A stretch of 64,000 nucleotides of DNA from Thermodesulfobacteriota bacterium (lineage in GTDB: Bacteria > Desulfobacterota > Desulfobacteria > Desulfobacterales > SURF-7): the NCBI GenBank assembly GCA_049320885.1, contig JBMORA010000031.1:58245-122244 (forward strand). The letters are read 5' to 3'. A program made the translations under genes and the position numbers. The notes beneath the pieces are model-generated. The model was given only the letters and a program-made list of their open reading frames with translations, was not told where the DNA came from and did no database searches. Positions 48,392 through 59,182 of the stretch are shown here, in pieces; the stretch's first letter is position 1, and each line of letters starts with the position of its first letter.

Positions 48392-49474
48392 TTATCGGCC
48401 CCGGGAAGGCTTTCCCGACACAATCACGGAAAGGCCGGCGGCATCGATATGCGCGTCCAACAATCCGCCGGTTTCCCTTTCAGCCAGAATTTCCCGCCAT
48501 ACGGGTTGCAGACGTCGTATCCCTTCCGTTTCACCCAGGGCCCAGACGCATCCACCGCCGCCGGCGCCGGCGAAGCGGGCCCCGCAGCCATGCCGGGCAG
48601 CGCTTTCCACCAGCTTTTCCCCCACGGAATCAAAGACATCCGGTGTCATGCGCCTGCGGATCTCGGTTTCCCGGAGCATGGCCGAAGCTGCACCTTTATA
48701 GTTGCGATCCCGGATCGAATCAATAAATTTTTTCGTCCAGGCGACGATCTCGGCCCATTCCCGCCGGAACCGGCCGGATAAAAACTGGCCGACCCAGCGG
48801 CCGTTGATATTCCGGGATTCGTGGGGCACGCCGCAATAGGCGATCAGTATACGTTCCGCCATCTCCCGGTGTCTTGCGCGGGGCAGGAGCGTTTTCTTCC
48901 GGAACGCGGGTTCATCCGGTCCGCCCGGCCAGTGCCAGACGTTGGCGCCGCCGTACACCGCCGCCAGCTGATCCTGAAACCCGCAGGGAACGCCGGCGAC
49001 GGTTTCCTCGACGGCATGGGCCAGCAGAGCGATCCTCCGCCCGCCGAGTCCCTTTCCGCCGGTTTCCCGGATGACGGCGTCCAGGGCCGCGATCAAGGCC
49101 ACGGCCGCCACCGAGGAGCCGCCCAGAGCGCTGCGGGGAGGCGAGGCCGAATCGATGCGGATAACTACGCCGTGGGCCTGGAAATAGGTCGCCACCGCGA
49201 ACATCAGTCCCAGGGCATGATCGAAGGGTGCCTCGTTGAGGGGATATTCAGCCGCCGGAAACCCCCTGGATACGATCCGCACCTGGCCTTCCTCGTGGGG
49301 GCTCAGGGTAACCCGCGTGCGCAGATCAACGGCCATGTTCACCGTGCAGGGATGGAGGTGTCGCAGGGGGTAATGAAACGTGCGGATGTCCAGCGTGCCG
49401 CCAAGATCGATGCGGCAGGGCGCCGAGGCTTCGATGGTGCGGTTCTTCAGAAATTTTTTCAGTTTTTCGTGCAT
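48392..49474 (-). CDS. GHMP family sugar kinase (HddA-like)
   Basis: APCRIDLGGTLD, PP.SALGGSS, G.QDQ.AA.YGG, GAGGGG. Confidence 0.85.
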   Translation of the reverse strand: MHEKLKKFLKNRTIEASAPCRIDLGGTLDIRTFHYPLRHLHPCTVNMAVDLRTRVTLSPHEEGQVRIVSRGFPAAEYPLNEAPFDHALGLMFAVATYFQAHGVVIRIDSASPPRSALGGSSVAAVALIAALDAVIRETGGKGLGGRRIALLAHAVEETVAGVPCGFQDQLAAVYGGANVWHWPGGPDEPAFRKKTLLPRARHREMAERILIAYCGVPHESRNINGRWVGQFLSGRFRREWAEIVAWTKKFIDSIRDRNYKGAASAMLRETEIRRRMTPDVFDSVGEKLVESAARHGCGARFAGAGGGGCVWALGETEGIRRLQPVWREILAERETGGLLDAHIDAAGLSVIVSGKPSRGR

Positions 49475-49484
49475 GATTCCGTCC

Positions 49485-50249
49485 TTATGGCTTGCGCATA
49501 CTCCGTAGAAATTTCAAACTGTTCAGTTCTTTACCGAGGTGGTAGACCACAAATGTCTCCAGGAAAAAAAGTCCTTCCCGGATTCCTTGGGGGGCAAACC
49601 GGATCCGCTCCACTTTTTTCACGTCGGGGCTGTTGATCCAGAGCAGTTTTTTCATGGTGCCCTTGGAGAGGCTCGTCCCCCCCTCATTTTCCGGCCCGCA
49701 GTTCCGGCAGGTGACCCCGCCTTTCCGGAAGTCCGGAAACATCCGGCTGTCACCGATGTTCTCCAGCATGCACCGGCAGGCGCAGCATTCCACAAGATTC
49801 GGCAGCAAACCGGACAAGGACAAAAAGCGGATTTGAAAATAAATGCTCACGACTTCCGCCGGCAGGGTTTCGCCGTTCACCAGCTCAAGGGCGGTCCGGA
49901 GCAGATCGAACAGGGCCTCCTGACTCCTGCCCTCCTCCACCCACACATGGATGGTCTCGGCCCAGAAATTGGCGTAAGCGGTTTTGCGTATGTCGCCGCG
50001 GATACGATCGTTGGGCCGGATGAGGGCGGCTTCCTGCAGCACCATCAATCCGCCGCGCCCCTTTTCGCATACGGCCTGGACGACGGAAAACGGTTCCAGC
50101 GCCCCGGCGAAACGGCGGGTGCTCTTTTTGGCATTCTTGGCGATGACGGCGATTTTCCCCTGATCGCGGGTCAAGAGCGTCAGGATCAGATCATGGTCGC
50201 CGTGAGCGATGCGGCGGAGCAGAATAGCCGGTGCGGAAAAACGGGACAT
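49485..50249 (-). CDS. recO: DNA repair protein RecO
   Basis: D.IL..LT...GKI...AK.A.KS.RRF, two CxxC zinc pairs, L.SL.FL C-terminus. Confidence 0.93.
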   Translation of the reverse strand: MSRFSAPAILLRRIAHGDHDLILTLLTRDQGKIAVIAKNAKKSTRRFAGALEPFSVVQAVCEKGRGGLMVLQEAALIRPNDRIRGDIRKTAYANFWAETIHVWVEEGRSQEALFDLLRTALELVNGETLPAEVVSIYFQIRFLSLSGLLPNLVECCACRCMLENIGDSRMFPDFRKGGVTCRNCGPENEGGTSLSKGTMKKLLWINSPDVKKVERIRFAPQGIREGLFFLETFVVYHLGKELNSLKFLRSMRKP

Positions 50250-50254
50250 GGACC

Positions 50255-51607
50255 TCAACCGGGAAGCAGGGTCATGGCGATCCTGAAATACAGAAACACC
50301 CCGATGATGTCGATGGAAGTGGTGACGAACGGGCCGGTGGCCACCGCCGGATCGATTTTGATCCGCGCAAGAACCATGGGAATGGCCGAGCCGACAAGCG
50401 CGGCGACGGACATGGAGGAAATCACCGCCAGTCCCACCGAAACCGCCATGAGCCAGACACCGCATTCCCAGTGCGCCACCAGACCCATCATGGTCCCGTA
50501 GACACAGCCCAGGAGCAGGGCCACCGAGATCTCCTTGAGCACCACTTTCCAGAGGTCGCGAATGATGATGCGGCCCGTGGCCAGCCCCCGGACCACGATG
50601 GTGGATGACTGGGTGCCGATATTTCCGCCCATGCCGGTGATAACCGGTATAAAAGCCGCGAGATAGGCGAATTCCTTCAAACCCGCTCCAAACCGGCTGA
50701 TGACCATGGAAGCGATAATTCCGCCGATGCAGCTGGCGAACAGCCAGGGCAGGCGGATGCGGGTGCTGTTGTAAATGGATTTGGTCTCGACGAACTCTTC
50801 CCCGGCGCCCGCCATTTTCAGCATGTCTTCCGTGGCTTCCTCCCGGAAGACGTCGATGACATCATCAACGGTTATGATCCCCACCAGGCGATTGCTTTCG
50901 TCCACCACCGGCACCGCCAGGATGTTATAGCGGGCCACCATTCTGGCCACTTCCTCCTGGTCCACATCCGTACGCACCGAAATCACCTCGGTGGTCATGA
51001 AATCCTTGAGTTTTTTATTCGGCGGCACCACCACCAGCTGGCGCAGGGAAATGACGCCCACCAGTTTCTCATATTCGTCGACCACATAGATATAGAACGG
51101 CATCTCCACGTCGAGATGCTCCTTCTGCAGCGATTCAATCACTTCCCGGGCGGTCATCTCCTGTTCCAGGGCGATGAAATCCGGAACCATGATCCGGCCG
51201 GCGGTGTCGTCCTCGTAGCGGAGCAGGTCCTCCACCTCCGCCGATTCCTCCTTCTGCATCTTGGTCAGGATGGCGTCGGCCTGCTCCTCGGGAAACCGGT
51301 CGATGACATAGGCGGCGTCGTCAGCGGGCATGCTTTCCAGGATTTCCACGATCTCGTCGATGTCCATCCCCTTGACAAGGTCGAGGAAGGTATCCTTGTC
51401 CAGTTCACCGAACAGCATGCCCTTTTGTTCCAGGCTGTCGATCAGACCGAAAAGCTGCTGCTGATGAGCCAGGGAAAGGGAACGAAAAACAGCGGAAAGG
51501 TCCGCGGCGTGGGTTTTGTTGACGATCTTACGCAGGTGTTGGACGGCGTTCCGCCTGGACAGGCGCTTGACGCTTTCCAGCAGCATTTTGTTTTTTTCGC
51601 TCAACAT
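50255..51607 (-). CDS. mgtE: Magnesium transporter MgtE
   Basis: CBS domains, RLPWL, GMGGNIGTQ, DPAVATGPFVTT..D. Confidence 0.96.
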   Translation of the reverse strand: MLSEKNKMLLESVKRLSRRNAVQHLRKIVNKTHAADLSAVFRSLSLAHQQQLFGLIDSLEQKGMLFGELDKDTFLDLVKGMDIDEIVEILESMPADDAAYVIDRFPEEQADAILTKMQKEESAEVEDLLRYEDDTAGRIMVPDFIALEQEMTAREVIESLQKEHLDVEMPFYIYVVDEYEKLVGVISLRQLVVVPPNKKLKDFMTTEVISVRTDVDQEEVARMVARYNILAVPVVDESNRLVGIITVDDVIDVFREEATEDMLKMAGAGEEFVETKSIYNSTRIRLPWLFASCIGGIIASMVISRFGAGLKEFAYLAAFIPVITGMGGNIGTQSSTIVVRGLATGRIIIRDLWKVVLKEISVALLLGCVYGTMMGLVAHWECGVWLMAVSVGLAVISSMSVAALVGSAIPMVLARIKIDPAVATGPFVTTSIDIIGVFLYFRIAMTLLPG

Positions 51608-51651
51608 GGATGCCACCCTTACAACAGAAGCCACGTTTGGCCCAAAGGCCG

Positions 51652-52392
51652 CTAGGGCAGATCCAGCGTCACGATTTGCCCGTTTTTTGCCGGAAATGTC
51701 ACCGGATTCCCGTTCAGGTTCAGTTTCACCGCCGCGGAATTCCCGATCAGTACATTGAAACGTTCACCCGCCATCAATTCCAGGCGCTCGTTCTTTTTCA
51801 GCTTATATTCCCTGGAGGCCTGATCGTCAATAATGACCTTCAGCCAGGTGTCGTCGACCGCCGCGACCTCCAGAATCCATGATTCCAGCGCCTTTCCCGA
51901 TGGGGACTTGTCCTGCTGGCTCTTTTGGGTTCCCGGCTCCGACGGTGGAGCCGGCTCGGAAACGGTTTCAACGGGATACTCCGGCGGTTCCTCCGCCCGT
52001 TTGGGAATTCCGGCATCGGAAATCATATACATGGAAAGGGCGATGACGATTCCCAGGGCTCCGACGGAAATGAGCATGTTCACCCAGAACCGACCACCGT
52101 TGGAATATCCGGCGGCGGACATGGCCGCCATCCGTTCATATTCCAAGCGGCTTTTCAAATACGACCGCACGGTCTCCTCTTCATCGACGTTCACAGCCGC
52201 GGCGTACAATCGCAAAAATCCTTTTACATAGGCCGGGTCCGGCAGACCGCCATGATCTTCATTCTCGATCTGGCGCAGAACCTTTAGGGAAATCTTGGTT
52301 TTGTCGGAAAGCTCGCGGAGGTCCGATCCCTTGGCCGTTCTGGCCGATTTCAGGAGTTGACCGAAAGAAACGCCGACCGGTTGCTCAACCAT
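51652..52392 (-). CDS. rodZ: RodZ-like HTH membrane protein
   Basis: N-terminal HTH (G.LLK.AR..., YVKGFLR.YA), single TM, C-terminal DUF4115-like (WLKV..D, IGN...V.L..NG). Confidence 0.85.
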   Translation of the reverse strand: MVEQPVGVSFGQLLKSARTAKGSDLRELSDKTKISLKVLRQIENEDHGGLPDPAYVKGFLRLYAAAVNVDEEETVRSYLKSRLEYERMAAMSAAGYSNGGRFWVNMLISVGALGIVIALSMYMISDAGIPKRAEEPPEYPVETVSEPAPPSEPGTQKSQQDKSPSGKALESWILEVAAVDDTWLKVIIDDQASREYKLKKNERLELMAGERFNVLIGNSAAVKLNLNGNPVTFPAKNGQIVTLDLP

Positions 52393-52397
52393 ATGCC

Positions 52398-53423
52398 TCA
52401 ATTCATGATTTTGATATGGGAGTTCTTGCGTAAATCCGCCACCCATTTCTTGAAGCGTTTTTCCATCATCTGGTTGTAGAGCTTTTCCTCGATCAGTGGT
52501 TTGACTTCTTCCATGGTTTTGCCCTGATCCGAGGAAACCTCCGCCAGGAAAAAAATCTGATACCCCTGTTCCGTCTCCAGGATACCGGTGTATTGACCGG
52601 AACTGATTTTCTCCAGAGCCGCCTGGATCTGGGGTGTCAGGTCTTTTTTATTGAAAAAACCGAGATCACCCCCTTCAGCGGCAAAAGGCGATTCCGAATA
52701 CTGTCTGGCCAACTCTTCAAAGGATTCGCCGTTTTCAAGGCGTTCCATGACCGCTTCCATCCTGTTCGATACCGCCTTTTTTTCCTCCTCATCCGCCGAT
52801 GATCCCACCTTCATGATGATGTTCCGCAGATGATACCGCGTGTCCCCGCCGAACTCATCCTGGTGCTCCTCGTAATAATTCTCCAGATCCTTGTCCGTAA
52901 TGACGATGTTGGATTTCACTTCGCGCTCCACTAGCTTGGCGCGCAGAATCTGGCCCTTCATTTCGCTGCGGTATTCCTCCATGGTCAGTCCTTCGTCGCG
53001 CAACCGTTTGCGAATGTCCTCGTCGGTCATCAGGTTCTTTTCTTTGATCCGCTCGATGGCGCTGTCGAGTTCCTCCTCGCTCACGTTGATGGATAACCGG
53101 ATGATTTCCTGCTCCGTCAGTTTTTTTTCGATCATCTGGTTGAGGATGCTTTCCCGCAGCTTGAACATCATTTGGCGTTCTTCGTCCGGCGGGTACCCAT
53201 AGTCTTTGATTTTCTCCGCCAGCGGGTTGTAGTTCTTTTCGAATTCGGTCAGGGGGATGATATCGTCATTGACGACGGCCACGATCCGGTCGACGATTTC
53301 AGCACCGATCGCCTGATCCGTCCGGCAAATCCCGACTGTCAGGCTGGAAAACACCAGTATCAAAACGCCTCCGACGGTGATCCAATTCCGCTTTCGGTAC
53401 TCATTCTCCATTGCTTCTCCCAT
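52398..53423 (-). CDS. surA: SurA-like parvulin peptidyl-prolyl isomerase
   Basis: VDRIVAVVNDDII, FEELARQYSE, GGDLGF. Confidence 0.88.
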   Translation of the reverse strand: MGEAMENEYRKRNWITVGGVLILVFSSLTVGICRTDQAIGAEIVDRIVAVVNDDIIPLTEFEKNYNPLAEKIKDYGYPPDEERQMMFKLRESILNQMIEKKLTEQEIIRLSINVSEEELDSAIERIKEKNLMTDEDIRKRLRDEGLTMEEYRSEMKGQILRAKLVEREVKSNIVITDKDLENYYEEHQDEFGGDTRYHLRNIIMKVGSSADEEEKKAVSNRMEAVMERLENGESFEELARQYSESPFAAEGGDLGFFNKKDLTPQIQAALEKISSGQYTGILETEQGYQIFFLAEVSSDQGKTMEEVKPLIEEKLYNQMMEKRFKKWVADLRKNSHIKIMN

Positions 53424-53433
53424 GGTCGTCCCG

Positions 53434-54162
53434 TCATCCTTCCATGATGGTTTGCCACAGCTTCTGATTCAGCTTCACGGGATATTGGTTCCGGATGCTT
53501 TCCACCCATTCCGTATAACCCGCCTCGGCCTTTTGGCGCCGGATCTCCCGGATGATTTTGTCCCGGACATCCTGTTCGCTGAAAAGCTCGGCGGTTTCTT
53601 CCCGGAAATGCTCCTTGTAATAACCAGCGATCTCACCGGCGGTGACCTGGATGCCGGCTTCATACGCCACTGCCACCACTTTTTCCATGAGCAGCCGTCT
53701 CCTCAGTTGTTCCTTCCAGGACTCATAGGAGACGGCGTTCTCGAGAAACGTATCCTCAAAGGTCTTGTCCGGATAATCCTTCCGTATTTCCTTCACCGCC
53801 TTTTCCAGTTCCTCATCGGTGATGCGGATGTTCATTTCCCCTGCCTTGGCGAGCAGAACGAGTTCCTCGGTGAGTTGACCCAGCAGCCGGATCTTGATGT
53901 CGCCGGCCGTCTTCGGATTCTGCATGGCATTATGCGGGTAGGCGGTTTTGGCTAATTCCAGGGCCTGGTTGAAATCGAGAACCGTCACCACATGATTCCC
54001 GACGCGGAGAAGCGCTTTTTCCTTCGGTTGGGGCGGGGTTTTTGAGCAGCTCGTCAGGGAAGCCGGACCCTGGAGGGCAATCCAGACGATCAGCAGGGTC
54101 ACGCTGCTGACATGCGAAGATTGCCGGCCGAAGCCCGGTGAGCGTCTTTGAATTGTCCGCAT
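53434..54162 (-). CDS. SurA N-terminal domain (lipo)protein
   Basis: Hydrophobic stretch plus LTSC lipobox, SurA_N-like helices; start uncertain. Confidence 0.7.
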   Translation of the reverse strand: MRTIQRRSPGFGRQSSHVSSVTLLIVWIALQGPASLTSCSKTPPQPKEKALLRVGNHVVTVLDFNQALELAKTAYPHNAMQNPKTAGDIKIRLLGQLTEELVLLAKAGEMNIRITDEELEKAVKEIRKDYPDKTFEDTFLENAVSYESWKEQLRRRLLMEKVVAVAYEAGIQVTAGEIAGYYKEHFREETAELFSEQDVRDKIIREIRRQKAEAGYTEWVESIRNQYPVKLNQKLWQTIMEG

Positions 54163-54268
54163 GGCAAAAATCCGTATCCTTCCGCCTCCGGCCTCCTTTC
54201 CCCGATTGACGGAGGACGATTTTCCAAATGATCGGCCGAAGAGTATCGTCATAGCCCCGGGCTGACGT

Positions 54269-57200
54269 TCAGCAGTTAACACGGCGTGCTATTTCTTTCA
54301 AGATGTTTTTGGTTTCCGCCAGACACTGATTGGGGTTGCCGGCGGGAAGCCGGATTTTCAGTCCGCTGTCGGAGGTGAACTGGAATCGGCCGGGGGCCGT
54401 GGACACCAGTTCCACGATCCCGAGGGGATTTTTCTGGTGGATGGCGGAAAATGCCAGGGTCAGTTGTTGCCCCACCAGGTCCAGACGCTTGATGCCGCCG
54501 TTTTTCGCCAGTATTTTCATCATGATTTTCAAAAGCAGGCTGGTGGCCGGTTCCGGCAGAGCACCGAAACGATCCTGCAGTTCCTCCTTGAAGGCGTTGA
54601 TCTCCTTTATCTCCGTCAGTTTGGCCAGTCTTCTATAGGCCGACAGGCGCTGATCGATATCCGGAATGTAGGCTTCCGGAATAAACGCCGACAAGGCGAT
54701 GTTGATTTCCGGCTCCAGGGGCTCCAGCACCGGTTTGCCTTTCAATTCCATAACGGCGTTCTCCAGCAGCTGTAAAAACATGTCGTATCCCACGGCGGCG
54801 ATGTGGCCCGACTGGGATACGCCCAGGGCGTCGCCGCCGCCCCGGATCTGGAGATCGCTCATGGCGATCTGGAAGCCGGCGCCCAGATCGCTGTGTTCCA
54901 TGAGCACTTTCAGTCTTTTCTGGGCGTCCTTGCCGAGAATCGTTTCCTTGGGAATGAAGAGATAGGCGTAGGCCTGCTCTTCCGCCCGGCCCACCCGGCC
55001 CCGCAGCTGGTAAATCTGGGCGAGACCGAAGCGGTCCGCCCGGTTGATCAGGATGGTATTGGCGGAAGGAATATCCAGACCCGACTCGACGATGGTGGTG
55101 CATACCAGCACATCGATTTCCCGGGCGATGAAACGGATCATCACCTTTTCCAGTTCGTCCTCGGCCAGGCGGCCGTGGGCCACGGCCAGACGCGCCTCGG
55201 GCACCAGTTTGCGGATGTGTCCGGCGATCTTCTCGATGGAGTGAATGTTGTTGTGCACGAAAAAAACCTGGCCCTGGCGTTTCAACTCATTGCGGATGGC
55301 GTCGGCGACGATTCCGTCGTCGAACTCGGAAATATAGGTGATGATGGGGTGGCGCTGCTCCGGGGGCGTCGAGATCACGCTGATATCGCGGATGCCCATC
55401 AGGGACATGTGCAGGGTCCGGGGTATGGGCGTGGCCGTCAGGGCCAGGACATCCACCGTGGCCCTCAATTTCTTCAGCTTTTCCTTGTGCTTCACTCCAA
55501 AGCGCTGTTCCTCGTCCATGATGATGAGCCCCAGGTCCTTGAAGGCCACGTCCTTCTGCAGCAGCCGGTGCGTGCCCACCACGATGTCGATGACTCCCTG
55601 CCGGAGACCTTCCACGATCTGCTTCCGCTCCCGGGGCGACCGGAAACGGTTCAGGCACGCGAGCCTGACCGGGTAACGCCGGAAACGTTCCTGGAAGGTT
55701 TTGTAATGTTGTTCGGCCAGCACCGTGGTGGGAACCAGCACCGCCACCTGCTTGCTGTCGCTGACGGCCTTGAAGGAGGCCCGCAGGGCCACTTCAGTCT
55801 TGCCGTAGCCAACGTCGCCACAGACCAGCCGGTCCATGGGGGTGGAGGACTCCATGTCGTCCAGCACATCGTCGATGGCTTTCAGCTGATCGGGCGTTTC
55901 GTCATAGACGAACCCGGCCTCGAAATCCCTAAAATAGCTGTCGGCCTTCTCGAAGGCGTGCCCCTGCTGGGCCTTGCGGGTGGCGTACAATTCCAGCAGT
56001 TCTCCGGCGATTTTCTCCACCTCTTCTTTGGCCTTTTTTTTCGTTTTCTCCCAGGCCTTGCCGCCCATCTTGTCCAGCACCGGCACGATGCCGTCCACGC
56101 CGATATATTTGCGCACCATGTTCATGCGCTCCACCGGCAGATAGAGTTTGTCGTCATCCTGATAAAGAATCAGGAGGAAATCGCCGGCGGCGCCGTTCAT
56201 TTCCAGTTTCACGAGACCCTGATAGCGACCGATGCCGTGATCGGAATGGACCACCAGATCCTCCTGCTTGAGATCCTCGATGTTGAGCAGTTCCGCGCGG
56301 ACATCCTGCTTGGATCTGGCTCGCCGCCTGCGCTTTTCCCCGAAAATCTCGTCCTCGGTGATCACCGAAAGGGCCGCCTCCGTCCAGACGAAACCGCCGG
56401 ACAGGCGGCCGATGCAGCAGTACACGATGCCGCGGCTGCGCCCGGGTTCCGGCAAACCGTCGGCGGTCCTGGGGCGGATATCATAGGGCTGCAGAAGGCT
56501 CTGCAACCGCTCCATCTGGGGCTTCGTGCTGCAGACCAGCAGCACCGTGTTACCGCTCTCCTTCTGACGTTCAATCCAGTCGGCCAGGGGTTTGAGCAGA
56601 TGCTCCTTTTCCACCGGATTCCGCAGGGCGGTGCGCACTTCCCCGTTGTCCTCGATCCGGAATTGCACGTCAGCCGCCTGCCCGATCCAGGATGGGGTGG
56701 CCTTCCCCATGGGGAGCAGTCCCAGGGTCAGGGTCGGCTTCCGCCCGAGGGCTTCCGCCAGCCCGGTCCAGTCGAGATAGAGCTGTTGCGGGGGGACGCA
56801 CAGGCGGTTCTCCTGACAGGCGCCGACATAATGGGACTCCGTCAGTCCGTAGGTTTCCACCGCGGCGATTTCCAGGCCCGCAGGTTCCACCAGCACGTAC
56901 CCGGTGTCGGCGGGCATGTAGTCCATCAGGGTGTCCAATCCCGGATAAATGAGGGGGAGCATGCTTTCAATGCCGGGGAAAAGGCCCTCGTTGCGGATGC
57001 GCTCGATGAGGCCGCGCACCTCCCGGGAAGCCGCCTGCTGCTCGGCGGCCAGGGTTCGCACCCGGATGATGAAATCCTTCAAATCCGATTGCCGGAGGAT
57101 GGTCTCCCGGGCGGGCAGAATCACCGCTTCCCCCAGGTCTTTCAGCTTGCGCTGATTGCCCGGGGAAAAAAACCGCAGGGAATCCACGGTATCCCCGAAC

Positions 57201-57784
57201 AGCTCGATGCGCAACGGGTCTGGATACAGGGGGGAAAAGACATCCAGGATCGCCCCGCGCACGCAGAAGTCGCCGGGTTCTTCCACAATGGCGGAGCGGA
57301 CATAGCCGCCGGAAATCATTTTCTCCACCAGGGCGTCCCGGTCGATCTCCTCCCCCGCCATGATCAGTTCCACGAAGTCCAGCAATGCCTGCTTGGGCAT
57401 CAGCCGGCGCATGACCGCCCCGACGGTGGTCACCAGGATCCAGGGTTTGGCAGACTCCATTGTCTGAAACAACACCCGAATACGGTCGGCGGTGGTTTCG
57501 GCATGATAGGAAACCATTTTATACGGGAGCAGGTTGTAGGGCGGGAAATAGTGCACGGGTGTGTGGTCGTCGTTCAGGAAAAACCGCAGGTCAAGAAGGA
57601 ACTGTTCCGCCTCTCGGCTGGTGGCCAGGATCACCACCAGGTGTTGCGGCCGGTGCCGAAACTGCCGGGCGATCAACAGGGCCCGTTCCGCTCCCCCCAG
57701 TCCGCTGACCGCCACCCGGCCGCCGCGGTTCCGCAGCAAATCCGCCACGACCGAAAAACAATCCGTATCGGAATATCGATTCAT
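54269..57784 (-). CDS. mfd: Transcription-repair coupling factor Mfd
   Basis: UvrB-homology module, RID (HGIGRY.G), GDVGYGKTE, DEEQRFG, QLRGRVGR, TRCF domain. Confidence 0.97.
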   Translation of the reverse strand: MNRYSDTDCFSVVADLLRNRGGRVAVSGLGGAERALLIARQFRHRPQHLVVILATSREAEQFLLDLRFFLNDDHTPVHYFPPYNLLPYKMVSYHAETTADRIRVLFQTMESAKPWILVTTVGAVMRRLMPKQALLDFVELIMAGEEIDRDALVEKMISGGYVRSAIVEEPGDFCVRGAILDVFSPLYPDPLRIELFGDTVDSLRFFSPGNQRKLKDLGEAVILPARETILRQSDLKDFIIRVRTLAAEQQAASREVRGLIERIRNEGLFPGIESMLPLIYPGLDTLMDYMPADTGYVLVEPAGLEIAAVETYGLTESHYVGACQENRLCVPPQQLYLDWTGLAEALGRKPTLTLGLLPMGKATPSWIGQAADVQFRIEDNGEVRTALRNPVEKEHLLKPLADWIERQKESGNTVLLVCSTKPQMERLQSLLQPYDIRPRTADGLPEPGRSRGIVYCCIGRLSGGFVWTEAALSVITEDEIFGEKRRRRARSKQDVRAELLNIEDLKQEDLVVHSDHGIGRYQGLVKLEMNGAAGDFLLILYQDDDKLYLPVERMNMVRKYIGVDGIVPVLDKMGGKAWEKTKKKAKEEVEKIAGELLELYATRKAQQGHAFEKADSYFRDFEAGFVYDETPDQLKAIDDVLDDMESSTPMDRLVCGDVGYGKTEVALRASFKAVSDSKQVAVLVPTTVLAEQHYKTFQERFRRYPVRLACLNRFRSPRERKQIVEGLRQGVIDIVVGTHRLLQKDVAFKDLGLIIMDEEQRFGVKHKEKLKKLRATVDVLALTATPIPRTLHMSLMGIRDISVISTPPEQRHPIITYISEFDDGIVADAIRNELKRQGQVFFVHNNIHSIEKIAGHIRKLVPEARLAVAHGRLAEDELEKVMIRFIAREIDVLVCTTIVESGLDIPSANTILINRADRFGLAQIYQLRGRVGRAEEQAYAYLFIPKETILGKDAQKRLKVLMEHSDLGAGFQIAMSDLQIRGGGDALGVSQSGHIAAVGYDMFLQLLENAVMELKGKPVLEPLEPEINIALSAFIPEAYIPDIDQRLSAYRRLAKLTEIKEINAFKEELQDRFGALPEPATSLLLKIMMKILAKNGGIKRLDLVGQQLTLAFSAIHQKNPLGIVELVSTAPGRFQFTSDSGLKIRLPAGNPNQCLAETKNILKEIARRVNC

Positions 57785-58001
57785 TATCGTTGAATTTCCC
57801 GGCGCAACGACGCACATCCGCCTTTGGAAGGCCGATCCGGTTCCGGCGTCCCCTGGCGCGTTTCCTGTCCATGAATGGGCGGCCGCTTTTCAACAACCCC
57901 GCCATTGTCTACGGTTGTCCTTATATACCCTGTCCGGTTGAGGCGCAAGGGGGATTCGCCTTTTTCCATCCGGTTCCATTCGGCCGGCTCCCTCCGTCGG
58001 C

Positions 58002-58039
58002 GGATTGTCAACCATTATTTTTTTTCCGGTTGACAATCC
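58002..58039. promoter_or_regulatory. BirA operator (bioO)
   Basis: Perfect 12-bp inverted repeat GGATTGTCAACC-N14-GGTTGACAATCC upstream of birA-bioAFDB; fits TTGT.AACC-N14-GGTT.ACAA BirA box. Confidence 0.9.
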
Positions 58040-58058
58040 AGGCGGCAACCGATATAAG
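58030..58058 (+). promoter_or_regulatory. Sigma70 promoter of the bio operon
   Basis: TTGACA-N17-TATAAG; the -35 lies inside the right operator half-site. Confidence 0.75.
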
Positions 58059-58188
58059 CCGGGGCACTGCACCGCATCCGAGACCAAGCGGTCCGGTAAG
58101 GCGGCCGTCCGGTTTCCGAATCCATGCGGATCACGGCGGCGGATCACGGCGGCAGCCGCAACGGATTTCGAAGGGGACCACCGTCCAT

Positions 58189-59160
58189 ATGTCCACCCAG
58201 GCCAGCATTCTTTCCCGGTTGAAAAACCGGATCGGTCAATGGGTATCCGGCGAGGAATTGAGCGCCGGTTTGTCCATCAGCCGCTCGGCGGTCTGGAAAC
58301 ACATCCGCGGGCTGCGGGAAGCGGATTATGTCATCGATTCTTTGCCCCGCAAGGGCTACCGACTGCGCAGGGCCTCCGAGCACCTGTTGCCGGACGAAAT
58401 CCGCGACCGTCTTCACACCCGCGTGATGGGCCGTGGAGGCATCCACACGTTTCCCCTGGCGGACTCCACCAACACTCTGGCCAAGGACCTGGCGGACCAT
58501 GGCGCCCTGGAGGGAACCATCGTGCTGGCCGAAACCCAGACCGGCGGCCGGGGGCGCAAGGGCCGGAGCTGGTTTTCACCGGAACGGGAGGGGATCTATC
58601 TGTCCCTGATCCTGCGGCCCGACATATCGCCTTTCGAGGTCCAGGGCATTACCCTGCTGTCCGCCGTGGCCCTGACCGATTCCCTGGGTCGGCGGACGTC
58701 CCTGAAAGCCGCCATCAAATGGCCCAATGATGTCTTCGTGGGCTCCCGAAAAATAGCCGGCATTCTGACGGAAACCAGCAGCGAGATGGATATCACCAAT
58801 TATGTGGTCGTGGGTCTGGGGGTGAACGTCAACACCCGCCGGTTTCCGGAACCCCTGGACCGGAGCGCCACCTCCCTGTTTCTGGAAACCGGCCGGCATT
58901 TTTCCCGGGTGGAGCTGTTGCGGGACTTTTTGGAGGAATTCGAGACCTTGTATCTGTCGGCCCAATCCCGGGGATTTGCCGGGGTCTTCGACCGCTGGCG
59001 CTCCCTGACCAACACCATCGGCCGGCGGGTGCGCATCACGATGCATCAGGGAAGCCGGTCCGGGATCGTACGGGATATCGACACCGACGGCGCGCTGATG
59101 ATTACCGATGATCAGGGCCGGACCAGCCGGATCCTGTCGGGAGATCTGAGTTTTGAATAA
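58189..59160 (+). CDS. birA: Bifunctional biotin ligase/repressor BirA
   Basis: HTH ([18 protein letters not shown]), [28 protein letters not shown]. Confidence 0.96.
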   Translation: MSTQASILSRLKNRIGQWVSGEELSAGLSISRSAVWKHIRGLREADYVIDSLPRKGYRLRRASEHLLPDEIRDRLHTRVMGRGGIHTFPLADSTNTLAKDLADHGALEGTIVLAETQTGGRGRKGRSWFSPEREGIYLSLILRPDISPFEVQGITLLSAVALTDSLGRRTSLKAAIKWPNDVFVGSRKIAGILTETSSEMDITNYVVVGLGVNVNTRRFPEPLDRSATSLFLETGRHFSRVELLRDFLEEFETLYLSAQSRGFAGVFDRWRSLTNTIGRRVRITMHQGSRSGIVRDIDTDGALMITDDQGRTSRILSGDLSFE

Positions 59161-59182
59161 AGCACCATCCGGCCGCGACAAG

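Noticed and set aside
54803..57793. 996-aa plus-strand ORF
   Set aside because: Antisense shadow of mfd
57790..58188. 133-aa N-terminal extension of BirA
   Set aside because: Spans the promoter and operator; the BirA HTH starts at ATG 58189
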